Assembly (NCBI RefSeq): GCF_963676685.1
Contig: NC_092351.1
Location: 85,064,001-85,128,000 of the forward strand
DNA from: Mytilus edulis
Lineage: Eukaryota
DNA: 64,000 bases
Reading direction: 5' to 3'
Shown piece by piece: positions 21,021-35,120 of this stretch. The position numbers and the translations under genes are program-made. A model generated the notes under the pieces. It was not told where the DNA came from, did not search any database, and saw nothing but the letters and a program-made list of their open reading frames with translations. The stretch's first letter is position 1; every line of letters begins with the position of its first letter.

Positions 21021-24000
21021 GTTCAGGAATTGGAAAACTCAAGGAAGCTAGACCAATAAGATGTAAGTATGTTGATATCTGATATCATGTTTTATTTCCG
21101 ACCTTGCAAGACCTTCATGGATAGTCAAAATCATGTAAAACTCGACTGGTCGTCATGTGTTAACTAGCTATATATATATATATAGTTTGTAGAGAGAGTG
21201 CATATTGGTATGTTACATTATATACCATTATCAAACCCGAATTACTCTTCTATTACGAAAAAACCACTGTCTGAATGTATGTTTGAGTACTCGTTACTAG
21301 GTATTTGCCAGTTGCACATATATACTCAATACAATATGCATATTAAAACCATGTTTTTGTATACATGTAATTCATGAATTTTATTTCATTTATACAAAGT
21401 AAAATTTTCACCTTAGAAACATTCTTTCAAATAGTTTTAACATAGAGTAAGGAGAGTTTCGCACTATCTATACGTTAAGATACCATCTAAATAAATGGTT
21501 GAAGGGATATACGAACTTCGAATAAAATCTCTAAACAACAACAAAGGTCACATGAATCTTCAAATTAGTCGCATAGCTAATTTTAACACATATGTTGCGC
21601 CTTTTGCAGTTAAAGATGAAAAGAAAACTGAATGTGTGTAGCTAAATGTTTTCAATAGCAATATGTATTTAACTGAAAAATTGGGTTCACTGATTAGGAT
21701 GCAACAATTCGGAAAAATGTATTAACATATTCATAGTAAATTTCAAAATGATATCATTAAATCAAATATAGATAAATTAATCGGTTAAATATTCACTTAA
21801 CATTTCACTTCAGTATAGGTATCATGTCCTGCGTCACATCTAGATTGTTTTTCCCTAACAAGGAAGCTGCGGAAGGAGCCGCGGTTTGTTAAGATAAAAA
21901 CAAGTTAACATGCGTAGATGGAGAAATGAAACTATATTTAAAAAAAGCTGCTGACAGATGTATTGTCAGTCATAGTCCAGGCATTGAAACCAGTACCTTG
22001 TGTATAAGTGATATTTATTGGTATCTCTTATAGGGTATGTAATGAATAATATTATACTAAAATAGTGTCTTTGCGTATAAAAAAATAAATGTCTGAAAAA
22101 AAATGGCTCTTAAAATGGTCAATTATATTTATGAGAATCGATTTAGGAAAAAAAAAGAATTAAACTAAACGCTGATTAAATAGTTTTAAGGTGGTACCCA
22201 ACACTTTAACTAAAAATAATTTGGCTCGTTTAATTTTCTTAAATTTTGTCAAAGTATTTACTTTGACCCTTTAACAAAAATATAAAAATTTCAAAAACTT
22301 TGAATCAACCGTTTTGTCAGAAAAATTACACTGGTTATATAGCAGTTTGACACCAATTTTTATCATTGGGAAGCTTAATATTCCTTTTACATTGTAACGT
22401 TTAGCCGACTTTACAGAGTTATCTCCTTGTAGTGTTAGGTACAACCTTAATGTGTAAAAAATGAAAGAAAATTGAAATATATCAAGACGAAGAAAATTAA
22501 GTAAACATTTTTATTTGTTTGTAGACAACAATTGAATTAAATACAGTAAATAACGATATTTTTGGGATTTTGTACGAACAAGGACAAAAATAATAAAAAA
22601 AAAATAATATAGAAACGGAAACAGCAAATTAGAAATAATAGTAACGATTTGATTTTATGTTTAAGACAAATGAAGATAAAAAATTAGAAAGAAACAGTGA
22701 CAATATTTATTTCGGTTTAAGACAAACGGAACAACAACAACAAAATTTACACTAACGACTGTTTTTGGTTTAAGAAAAGCGGAGACAACAATTAAAAAAA
22801 TAATTAGCAGTAAAGATTTTTTGTTTATTGTAGATAAACGGAGACAACAATAAGTGAAATGACCAGACTGTTCCTAATCATAGTTGTTGTATGCGTAGTG
22901 GTGCAAACTGTCAGCTCAAACAAAAGTAATAACATTTAATAATCATGACAAAGAAATATATGTACGGTAAAATTCTCATTAACTTTCAATCCTTTTTGAA
23001 TTTGATAACTATCAAAATAGTGAATGGAAATGGGGAATGTGTTAAAGAGACAACATTGAGCAGAAAACAATCTCGAAGGCCACCAAAATGTCTTCAATGC
23101 AGCGAGAAACTCCCGTACATGGAGGCGTGCTTTAGTTTGGTCCCTATACAAAAATGTATACTAGTTAAGGGATAATGGTCATCATACTAAACTCAAAATA
23201 TACACAAGCAACAAGTTGCATGGTTAACATAAGGGAAAAAAATGATCAGGACGGTTAGTTTTTTTAATTTAGTATAAATTAAGTGATTAATGATAAATCG
23301 GACTGTTTACTTTTAAAACAGTAATTGTATAAATTAACCTGTGTAATATAAATTATCTTTCCGTTATTCAGCTAATGGAATGGGAAAACGCAAGAAAGCT
23401 AGACGAAGTAAGTATGTTTGTCTAATGCTTAGTTAGTTTCTGTGTGTGTTATATTTTATTGTTGTGTCGTTGTTCTCCTCTTATATTTAATGCATTTCCC
23501 TCGGTTTTAGTTTGTAACCCGGATTTGTTTTTTTCTATCGATTTATGAGTTTCGAACAGTGGTATACTACTGTTGTCTTTATTGATATCTAATATCATGT
23601 TTCATTACTGACTGTGCAAAACCTTCATGGTTAATCAAGGTCGTCATGTGTTAACTAGTTTGTAGAGACTCAGAGAGTGCATATTGGAATGTTACATTAT
23701 ATACCCTTATCAAACCTGAATTACTCTTCTATTACTAAATACAACTGTCTGAGTATGTTTTAGCTACTAGGTATTTGCCAGTTCCACATATATACTCAAT
23801 ACAATATGCATATTAATACCACGCTTTTGTATAAATCTATTTCATAAATTTTACATCGTCTTGGCGATAATATTTTTACCTTAGAAATATTCTTACAATA
23901 AAGTGTTTACCATGTCTATCCACGGTTTGTGGTACCGGAATATCAGTTCACTTCCATGTAAATTTCAACATACTGTAAACCAACTTATTTTTGCCAGCAA

Positions 24001-27000
24001 TTTTTTTCATCATACTAAACTCAAAATATACACAAGAAACTAAAATTAAAAATCATACAAGACAAGACAAACAAAGGCCAGAGGCTCCTGACCTGAGACA
24101 GTCGCCAAAATGCGGCGGGGTTAAACGTGTTTTTTTTTTAGATCTTAACTCCCTATACCTTTATCTAATGTAGAAAAAACAAACACACAACAATACGCAT
24201 ATTCAAACTCAGTTTAAAAGAAGCCCGAGTCCGATGCCAAGTAGGTAACAAAGGAAATAAACAAAATGATAATGATACATAAATTAACAATGGACTATAA
24301 GAAGTTACTCACATGATTGAAAGATTATGAATTCATCATATAAATATCATCTATAATTACATGTGTTTATTTGCTTCCTTTGTCATATTATTGCATGTTT
24401 ATATTATCATTTTTTCGTATAATGAATCTATCAAATGCCTCATTTTATGTATTGAATTCCAGATTACACTATCAAAAAGCCACCCATAAAAAAACACACT
24501 TACAAAGAGTACTTTTCTTTTATAAATATTTAAAAAATGTATGACACAACTGTGATGATTGTTTACAGTTTGGTTTCCTGTATTCGTTGCGTTTGAAGGA
24601 AATGGTAAGTCTGTGTATGACGCATGGCGAAGTCAGTCAGAATGCAACCCTCTTCCCACGTCTTTTGGAACAGTCGGTTCTCAGCGTCATCTCCGAAATA
24701 GTGTTGTGGATGACTGGAATAATGCAAATATACGAATGGTATGTCGCAACTTATAATAGTTTATGTCAGAACTATAAAAATTCGTTCCCAACTAAATTTA
24801 TTAAGACATCATTTTATTTAATTCATTATATCAATATATTAACTTTTATACGTTCATTTTAAGTTCACAGCAAAACAAGAGAAGTCAACACATTTCGTTT
24901 TCATGCATATTTTCAGAGAAATATCATTATATACTTTAGAGCCTGCCAACACTGATTTTGAACCTGAAGGCCTCGTCTTGTTCAAAGACATATTAAAAAC
25001 TAAGTGTGCATGTTTAATATGTTAAAGAAATATGATTTCTATAATTCACAGGTGAAGGTTGAATTTTTCAAAAACAACCAAGTTGTTGCATGGATGACTT
25101 TTAATGGTAGGAATACAGATAAGATGAACTGGTTTAGCAAATCAAACCTTGCGCAGAGTGGTTTTAATGATTTAGGATCACGCAGTACATTTAACTACTT
25201 TTCGATTGCTGGGTAAATGTTTGCTAAATATATAATTATTTTGTTTTATTTAACGGAGGCACACAATTTGTCCAATTGATTTCAGTGTTGAGTTCATCGT
25301 CAAGCATTGACAGCTCTTTTGTCTTCAGTTCAAATTAAGTAACAGTCATTCCATGTTAAAGCAATAGATTAGGTTGCATTGTACTTAAACAAATCTTCAT
25401 ACTTTTAATTTCATTTAAGGGCTTATCATCCTTTCTTTCGCCTATATCGCCTGACGAATGCGCTCCGTAATCCTTGTTTGACGACGACACAAAGTAAAAA
25501 GAGACATTATTAAGTGTAAAATTGTCTAATTAGTTATCAAAAGTACCAGGATTATAATTTTATACGCCAGACGCGCGTTTCGTCTACATAAGACTCATCA
25601 GTGACGCTCAGATCAAAATAGTTAAAAAGCCAAACAAATACAAAGTTGAAGAGCATTGAGGACCCAAAATTCCAAAAAGTTGTGCCAAATACGGCTAAGG
25701 TAATCTACTCCTGGGGTAAGAAAATCCTTAGTTTTTCGAATAATTCAAAGTTTTGTAAACAGAAAATTTATAAAAATGACCATATAATTGATATTCATGT
25801 CAACACCGAAGTGCTGACTACTGGGCTGGTGATACCCTCGGGGACGAAACGTCCACCAGCAGTGGCATCGACCCAGTGGTGTAAATAGTTATCAAAAGTA
25901 CCAGGAGGAATAAAAAAACAGAAAAAAACGATAAACAGTTTATCGGATTTCCTATAAATATCGTAAATTATCAGCCGATTAACACATTGTGGACCTTGTT
26001 TGCTCGTTCGATGTGCTCATTGCCCCACAAAGTTTCACATTGTACATGATGTCGGTAGAACATCCCATTATTTTTCCGTACTGGTTCCCTGGAACCTATG
26101 AAGTACAATACATTTACTTGAGATATGTGAAATATGCAATAATGTACCCTTCTTGTTTTAAATTCATGCATTTTTATTTAATTTCAATCGCGAAAAAAAG
26201 TAAACAACAATGACAACACGTCATTAGGTTTCATTTAATACACACTTTACCAACATATGCATACATGTGTATTTTGAAACTAACACGCATGCGTAGTAAT
26301 AAGTTTGTTTTTTATATGATGTACTACTTTCTTGTATGTTCTTTATGACCGGGAAAAATTGGTTGTGGTACACAAAATACAGAAGCTATGATCAATTGTC
26401 CCGATTCCAATTTCAAAATGATAATATTTCTATACCTTAGCAGCAATACACTGACTATCCCTCGTATGGAATATACATTTGTCAATAGCAGCAATACACT
26501 AACTACCCCTCGTATAGAATATACATTTGTCAATAGCAGCAATACACTAACTACCCCTCGTATAGAATATACATTTGTCAATAGCAGCAATACACTGACT
26601 ACCCCTCGTATGGAATATACATTTGTCAATAGCAGCAATACACTGACTACCCCTCGTATGGAATATACATTTGTCAATAGCAGCAATACATTGACTACCC
26701 CTCGTATGGAATATACATTTGTCAATAGCAGCAATACACCGACTACCCCTCGTATGGAATATACATTTGTCAATAGCAGCAATACACTGACTACCCCTCG
26801 TATGGAATATACATTTGTCAATAGCAGCAATACACTGACTACCCCTCGTATGGAATATACATTTGTCAATAGCAGCAATACACTGACTACCCCTCGTATG
26901 GAATATACATTTGTCAATAGCAGCAATACACTGACTACCCCTCGTATGGAATATACATTTGTCAATAGCAGCAATACACTGACTACCCCTCGTATGGAAT

Positions 27001-29838
27001 ATACATTTGTCAATAGCAGCAATACACTGACTACCCCTCGTATGGAATATACATTTGTCAATAGCAGCAATACACTGACTACCCCTCGTATGGAATATAC
27101 ATTTGTCAATAGCAGCAATACATTGACTACCCCTCGTATGGAATATACATTTGTCAATAGCAGCAATACACTGACTACCCCTCGTATGGAATATACATTT
27201 GTCAATAGCAGCAATACACTGACTACCCCTCGTCATTTGTCAACTCACACGATATTCAAGAGCTTGGAGCTGCTACTTTCAAAATTAATAAGCCAGGATC
27301 GTCGTTTATCTCACATATTCCTTGGAAATTACCACGGCCTTATAAATGAATTGTTAGTGTCTGCTACTCAAATAATACAATATGGTATTTAGTTATAGAT
27401 TCTAGGTGATGAAGTTGTGTATATTTTTATTTTTATTTAGTTTTGCAGTTAACTGTATTCGTGCTATTATGTTTCTTTTCTATTGGTCGTAAGCATTTTG
27501 TCCGTGATGTATATATGTTTACACAGTTTTGACTGTTGTCACATTAACTTATTATGTTTGTTTTGCGCACACAATTTTGTCGATATAACAGATTTATAAA
27601 CAACTTCCACAAAAGTGGTAGGTTTATCTAGTTATAAAACAGGGTTATACCCACTATTTTCGTCGTAAAAAGGTAAAATGTCTGTACCAAGTCGGGGATA
27701 TTATAGTTGTTTTTTTTTCCTTCCATCAGTTGATAACGTTCGATTTTGTCCGTTAAAATGGACTTATCTGTTTGAATTTACCTTGGAGCTCGGTATTTTT
27801 GTTATAAGTTTTTATAATTACATGGAAAATGGATATCCTTATGTCACAGAATGATTTCCAATACCGTGTGAATGAATGTCATATTATATTTTGTTTTTAT
27901 AATCCATCACATTGTTAGTTTCGAAAGTCAAACTGTGCGTAAACAACCTATTTCAAGGAACTGTTTTCTGCCTAAATTCACATTCTAAAATTGAATAGAA
28001 TAAACTACACAAACAAACGAAGTTACAAATAAAATAAACATGTATAAGAAAAGGTCAAATGATAAAAATCTTTTTGAAGAACACTGTCAAGATACAGCAT
28101 TTCATTTGATTGTTGTCTTAAATAAATTCATCAAATCCGTTTAAATGAATGTCCAACAAATACATTTTTTCAGAGATCATCAACGAAAATTCTATGTAAA
28201 TCAGAACTACGGAGGATGTGCTAAAGATCAAGGGTGGATGTACGTCCTTGATCAAGATAGACGATGTCCATATGAACGCATTGGCTTGATTCCGATGTTC
28301 CTTTATACAAAGAACTTCACAGATAGAAACTGGACCCGTAGTAAGTTCTAATTGAGTCATTTATAATCTTCACATTAAAACAGTTTGAAAACATTGTTCA
28401 CTTAGTATAAATTAATATTTATGATTGGAGATTTAAACATTATTTGCTTGATCTCTTCGCTAATGATAAGGGTGGTTTACTATTAAAAATATCAAAGGTC
28501 TCGAAAAATAAACATGTTTTAAGTGATAATGCATACTTTTTTGAAGGAAGAAGTCATATATTAATCTTTACCAAAGTGCACATTCATTGAACTAATTTGG
28601 TGGTTGAACGTTTCTTCCAATATAACTGAGGGGGAGGACAGGGGCAAGGGAGACAGGGAGAAAGGGGGTAGAAGAAAGGAGAAAGGGGGTGGGAGAAAGG
28701 GGAAAGGGGTAGGAGAAAGGAGAGGAAGGCTAGGAGAAAGGAGAAAAAGTTGGAGAAAGGAGAAAAAATAAAATATCTCTCTTTTTTCGGTAAATTAAAA
28801 AAAAAATAAGGAGAAGAGGGGTAGGAGGAAGGAGAAGAGGGATGGGAGAAGGGAGAAGGGTACCCCCTGTCCTCCCCCTCATAACTAAGGAAAACGTAAA
28901 CTAGCAACAACAAAACAACGATGATAAAGTTGCTGAATTTCCCGTTTATTGTCAAGTTATAGAGATTGTAAAGGTTGCAGTAACCTTCCTCCGGATAGTT
29001 ACGAAGGCGAACTGATATAACAACAGGAAGAAATGGACCAACAAGGATATTGATTGATTGATACTTGGCTGCTCTACGTCCAGCAGGACCAAATAATAAG
29101 ACAGGCGTACAAATAAACGCCTTTCTTTTTCATTTGTTTTTTTAAGAACTAATTAGAAATGTCTTAATTTACAAAGTATTCGTTAAATGATGTTTGCTAT
29201 TAATGTTTTTTAATCAGTGTAAAAACTCAACAGGGATAAATGGCATACATATTTTACTCAAGACGCACCGCACCGTTCGTCTATACAGTAATCTACTAGT
29301 GCAACAGAATGAATATAATTGGATTGCAAAGTCAAAAGCATAGTTGAATTGCATTTAAACCAAAACAACGAAAACTGTTTCCAAATACAACAAAAGCAAT
29401 CGATCCCTGAGGATTGAAAACCTTAGTACATTGCTATTATTAGAATTATGTTAAACTTTATAAACAGTTAATTTACAGAAAATGAACGTTTCAAAGATAA
29501 GTTGTCAACTCCAACGTCCTGGCTTCTGGCATGGCGATTTCATAGTCGACAAAACTTCCACCATCAGTATCAACCAAGGGGTTGTAAAAAAACTCACCAA
29601 AGCTATCGGCGTATACGTACACTTGCTTATTGTAGGCACATTCTATTCGTTTTATCAATTAATTTAAAATGGTAATATTATCGGATACTAGGGTAAAGAA
29701 ATTGGCGAGATTTTAGAACAAACAAAAACATTTTCTAAAGATTCATGCTGCAGTTATTTTAATTTAATTTAATGTTTTCTTGTAGACATGGCAGAGCCAG
29801 CGGATATGATGGTTATTTCTGTCCTAGCAGAATTATAG
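21021..29838 (+). CDS. Copy 2 of the same gene, 5'-truncated (six 3' exons, ORF intact)
   Basis: Exons 21021-21062, 23372-23407, 24569-24738, 25052-25212, 28174-28340, 29786-29838. Splice sites canonical; ends VLAEL*. No homolog of exon 299-370 in the unit. Confidence 0.75.
25531..25906 (-). mobile_element. Non-LTR retrozyme (355-nt monomer plus 21-nt terminal redundancy)
   Basis: TAGTTATCAAAAGTACCAGGA occurs at 25531 and 25886 (period 355). Absent from the matching site in unit 4 (AATTGTCTAAAAGAGGAAG, ~55170). Contains a complete hammerhead motif on the minus strand. Confidence 0.85.
25563..25609 (-). ncRNA. Type I hammerhead ribozyme (minimal, palindromic stem III)
   Basis: Minus strand reads GAGCGUCA CUGAUGA GUCU-UAUGU-AGAC GAAA CGCGCG UC^UGGCGUA: intact CUGAUGA and GAAA boxes, 4-bp stem II, GUC cleavage triplet, stem I GCGUCA/UGGCGU. 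Confidence 0.85.
26438..27233. repeat. 48-bp minisatellite, ~16.6 near-identical units, unit 2 only
   Basis: Unit TAGCAGCAATACACTGACTACCCCTCGTATGGAATATACATTTGTCAA; unit starts run from 26438 to 27206 (16 x 48). Confidence 0.97.
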
Positions 29839-32800
29839 AGAGTTGGTTAATAAGATCAACGTTTTGCTTTGAAAGAGTTTGGCAACTGATCTGACATCAC
29901 ACCATATATGGAACGTTATGCTTTTCTTCTATTAGATACCACTAATTCAATTAGTTTTTATTGTAAACATATTTTTATATACCGGTTAAAGTACAGATCT
30001 GGATTCTCTTAAGATAAATCTGATTTTACCTGAATTATGATAGTGTAATCAATTTTCCAATTAAAAACTTTCTATACACTATGTGAAATTAGTTTCAATG
30101 TATTTAAATGGAACGTATGTGATCAAGCCCATGCAACTTCATTTTGTCTGGTTCCAAGAAATACAAAAAGCATGAAGTCCGAATGGATAATACAAAATCT
30201 TAACCAATGAAAAACATAACAAATCATTGCCATTTGAACAAAAACGATAGCTCACATAAAAAAAAAACCCCAGAAAATATAAAAAAAAAAGTGTTATAGA
30301 TTTCATATTGGGTAAATATGTGAAATGAACTAAATATCAGGTTGTCTGCATACTGATATTATAAAAGATCAGCTGGAAAATAAACTGTTATCCTTTTCAC
30401 GAGTGAGTGCAGCGAATGCTTTCAAAAAGTCTTCATATGTGCTCAGCTGCAATTTTTACAATATCAATATGTAGTCAATCAGATTACTGAATTATTGATT
30501 CGTATTAGTAAATTTTGCATGATAAAATATGTGTTTTCATTGTTTCAACTGCAAACCGGACGATAACAGGACAAGTTTTAGTCAATCTTTTTAACGACTG
30601 TACATTCCTTATAACGTCGATGGCGTGTTCGGGTCAAATGTATGTAGGCCGGCTCAACGTACTACACACAGCAAAGCTGTGATAGCCACTTTATTCATAG
30701 CTTAGTACATTGGCCGATCGACCAAGCTTGATATCAGCCTGAGTTATTAAAATTCAATTCTATAATAATAAAGCTGTTCGGGTCAAATTTAATTAGGCCG
30801 GGTCAACGTACTACACGCCACAACGCTGTATCAGCTATTTTATACATAGCTTAGTAGTGTGATACGGACATTTGACGATCGACCAAGCTTGATATCAGCC
30901 TGAGTTATTAAAATTCAATTTAATAATAATAAAGCTGTTGGGATCAACTTTATTTAGGCCGGGTAAACGTACTTCACGCCACAAAGTCGTAATAGCAGTT
31001 TTATTCATAGCAGAGTGTGATACGGACATTGGACGATCCATTAAGCTTGATATCAGCCGGAGTCATTAAAAGTCAATTCAATAATACAGGAGCCTTAAGA
31101 AGGTTTATTGCTGTTATTTAAAGTTGAAAAGAAATATTATTTATTTAATGGAGGAGAATTATATTAAAATGAAGAGATGTGTTACGACAACTACAAATCA
31201 AAGCCCAAATGATGTGTGTATAAGCATCAAGAAGTCGACAGTAAGACTTAAACAATGATAAAAAATAACCATATGTAAGATAAAATACAACTCGACATAA
31301 GCTTATATTATAGAAATCAAACGAAAACACTAGCGGCATGTTTTATGACCAAACAATAAAACAGAATATAACAGACAGTTATTAACGAGAAACCCTGAAT
31401 TACAGGCTCACGAATTAAAGACTGATGTTGAATGTAGCGAGGTAAAATATACTGCGAGAGCTCAGTCTTCCTTCTTACTTGAGACCATGGTGTTATAGCA
31501 AAACAGTTGAATGTTAAGGGTTTTAACATTAACAGTCAGACAAAATACACGTAACTACTTCATGGTTACTCAGGTCACTGAGAGGCACTTATAATTATTG
31601 ATAAATCATGTCCTAACATGTTAAAGAATTAATCAGTACACAAACGAATTATTGAAAAGTATAACCATGTCTTTGATATTTGAAAATCATCATTGACCTA
31701 ACGAATAGTCAATGGAAATTTTGAAATTTCGTATCATATTGCGAGAAGAGCTATTGATCATCGTATTTCTTATATAGAGATGACTTAGCTGTATTTGGCA
31801 AAACTGTTAGGAAATTGGTCCTCAATGCTCTTCAACTTCGTATTTTATTTGGCATTTTTAACATATTTTGATTCGAGCATGACTGATGAGTCTTTGTAGA
31901 CGAAACGTGCGTGTGGCGTATATGTGAAATTTCAATCCTGGTATCTATCGTGAGTTTATTCGAAAAGAAAAGTATAAACCCAGTGATTTATATTCAAATT
32001 GACTAATGACATCTAGCTTTATTGATAATTCCGGAGAACATTGTCAGCCCAGTAAATGTAGTGTGGTCAGTGTTTCGGTACCTTTCTTTTTTTGTACTTC
32101 ATATACAAACATATACATGAATGCTTAAGATGGGAAAAATAAGTAAAATGCAATTTTAGTGAATTGTTTTATCAAAATGTTAATTTTGTGGCCTTCTTGG
32201 AATTGTGTTTTTTTTTAAAACTTCGCAACTTTATATTTAAAAGTTTGCAAACAAATTAACAACAGCTATAGTAGTGGACAACTTTACATGAAATATGTGC
32301 ATAACTGCACAAAAATTAGAAAGCGTAACCTTCGGCAAAACACCAAAAACCACAACAACGATATATTTAAAAAAAATCTACAACAGGAAAAGATGGAGAT
32401 TGTGAATTACACGTAAAAACACAAATACAGTTTTGGCGTCGATAATTGAATTTTGACAAAAATATAAGTGGTATTATACCAAAAGAAAAGAAGTATTTTA
32501 CGTCACAGTACTGTGACAAATGGAGAACGAAAACGCTCGAAGACATTGCTTTATTGAGGGACCAACAACTACTAATAACGGACTAATGAGGATAGAAACT
32601 TACAAAAATACTATTTTTGTTTTATGAGATTTAATGTAATTTTATCGCACTGTATTTATAATTTATGAACAAGACGCAAACATTAATAATGAAACAGATG
32701 ATGTCCGGCAATGGTAAAATTATTTAACTGAAATCAACCTTAAGATTAACCCTTGGAAAAATACCAAAACCACATCTACGATTTGTTTTTACAATATATT

Positions 32801-35056
32801 ACAGGAAAATATATATATATATTGTGAATTACACTTTCAAACAAATACAGTTTAAGCGTCGTTGCCATACTGTTCTAGTGATAAAGTGATAAAGTGATAA
32901 AAAACGAATTAATAAAAAAGTATTACCCTGTCTTTGATATTTAAGATTTATCATTGACCTAACGAATAGCCAATGGAAATTTGGAAATTTGTATTAATTT
33001 TCGGAGAAGAGGTATTGAGTTAACATATTTATCGTATTATGTATTCATACCACACTGTGTTCAATTGTACACAAGGTATAACTAATCTCGTTTGGATTGT
33101 TTTACATTGTCTTATCGGGGCCTTTTATAGCTGATTATACGGTATGGGGTTTGCTCATTGGTCAAGGCCGTATGGTGACCTATGGTTGTTAATGTCTGTG
33201 TCATTTTGGTCTCTTGCGGACATTTTTCTCATTGGCAATCATACCACATCTTCTTTTTTATATAATAATGTGGAAAATAGATAATTTCCACATCCATAAG
33301 AAAAACTATAATATAGAGATGTTTTAAAGTCTTATAAAAGGGAAAGTTATTCCTCCTCATTGTAGTATAAATGAACTTATCATAGATACCAGGATTGAAA
33401 TTTCATATTAACGCCAGACGCACGTTTCATTTACAAAATACTCATCAGTGACGCTCGAATTAAAAAATGTTAAAAAGGCCAAATAAAGTACGATGTTGAA
33501 GAGCATAGAGGAACAAAATTTCATAAATAAACTCAGTGATTTATAATCACATTGACAAATAATATCTTACTTCATTACTTATTCCGGAAAACATGGTAAG
33601 CCATGTAAATGTAGTGTAGTCAGTGTTTTGGTACTTTTTTTTATCAGTTCATATACAAATATATATGTATAAATGAATGCTTAAGATGGGGAAAAATAAG
33701 TGCAATTCTAGTAAATTGTTTTATCGAAATGTTAATTTTGTTTGTGTGACCTTCTCGGAATTGTGATTTTTTTAACAGTTCGCAACTTCATATTTAGAAG
33801 TTAGCCAAAATATTAACAACATCTACATTTATCTGGACAACTTTACATGAAATATGTTTATAACTGCACGAAAATTAGTAAGCTTAACCTTCGGAAAAAC
33901 ACCAAAAAACCACAACTGCGATCATTTTTTTATTAATCTACAACAGGAAAAGATGGATATTGTGAATTACACGAAAAACACAAAATTAAAACAGTTTTGT
34001 CGTCGATAATTTTTAAACCAAAAGAAGAGAAATATAAATTATTTCACCGTACTGTGACAAATGGAGAACAAAAACATTTGAAGACAGTGCTTTATTGAGG
34101 GACCAACAACTACTAATAACGGACTAATGGGGATAAAAACTTATAAAAATACTATTTTTATTAAATGGGATTTAATGTAATTTTATCGCATTATATGAAT
34201 GTTTGTATTATTAACTAGTTTATGTAATTTCCATATAAAAGCAAATTTTAAAAAGTTTTTTTCTGAAAAATTCCTTTTGACAACAGCTGGATGATTATAA
34301 CTATTTAAATAGATTTACATTTATTTTGATATTTTCATCAATATCAATGTTAATTCAATTGTTGTATTTTGTTTAATCTCTTTATAATATTAATTGAAAA
34401 ATAATGATTCTAAATTAGACAAAAACAATCATCATACTTTTTGTATCAGCACATAATTTGTATAACAATGATAATACGATGACCTTACACGTTTTTTAAG
34501 TTTCTCTGAATTACCTGCCTTATTTGAAAGTTCTTTAGTAACAGAAAGAGGAAACGTCAATTTACCGATGTTCCTAACTCGTATATGCAATCTAAATATA
34601 AAAAAAGAGGAAAAAGTCAAAGAAGGCCCATAAATAGGCCAATTAATTTATTAATTTATAATCGTCTCATCTAAGGATGTTTTTTTTAGTGATATCGTCA
34701 TCGTTGTTATATTGGAATCAATGGCTTCTTAATATTCATGCCCTTGAACAAATAATTAGTATTTTTCTCCAGTTACTATATTTTTAAGACAAAACGTTAA
34801 TACAAGGATTTCTCGAAAATGAATAGATGAATGTAAAACAGTTAACGATAAAGTCAGGTCAAATTAGTCTGGAATTATAGAAATATTATACAAATGACGG
34901 GAAAAAGCTGACGCACTTTAACTCATATTTAGCAATTGCATCATTTGGGTCTCAAATTGTAAGAAAATAAGTGTAGAATCTGCCCAAATTTAGCTTAATG
35001 ACTGTTTATGAGCTATTTAAAACTTAAATGAAAAAGTGGTTGATATGGGGCAAAAT

Positions 35057-35120
35057 GCCGACCGTGCAAGGGCTTTATAGCCAGTCAAGGTCGTTAAAAA
35101 CTTCCATTTAATTGTTGTTA
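35057..35120. mobile_element. 64-bp insertion with 14-bp TSD (truncated retroposon-like), unit 3 only
   Basis: ATATGGGGCAAAAT at 35043-35056 and 35121-35134; single copy in the other units. Confidence 0.7.

Larger units (their letters stand above)
19345..34193 (+). repeat. Segmental tandem duplication unit 2 (~14.8 kb)
   Basis: Colinear with unit 1; junction ATCGCATTATATGAATG at both ends. Confidence 0.95.

Noticed and set aside
22945-23175. ORF with a CxxC motif (PPKCLQCSEK)
   Set aside because: Lies within an interspersed repeat and is frameshifted in unit 1.
26438-27233. CRISPR array
   Set aside because: Contiguous identical units with no unique spacers, no cas genes, eukaryotic context.
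26324-27392. Long ORFs of 334, 296 and 229 aa
   Set aside because: Products of a stop-free 48-bp minisatellite read in three frames within an intron; absent from the other units.
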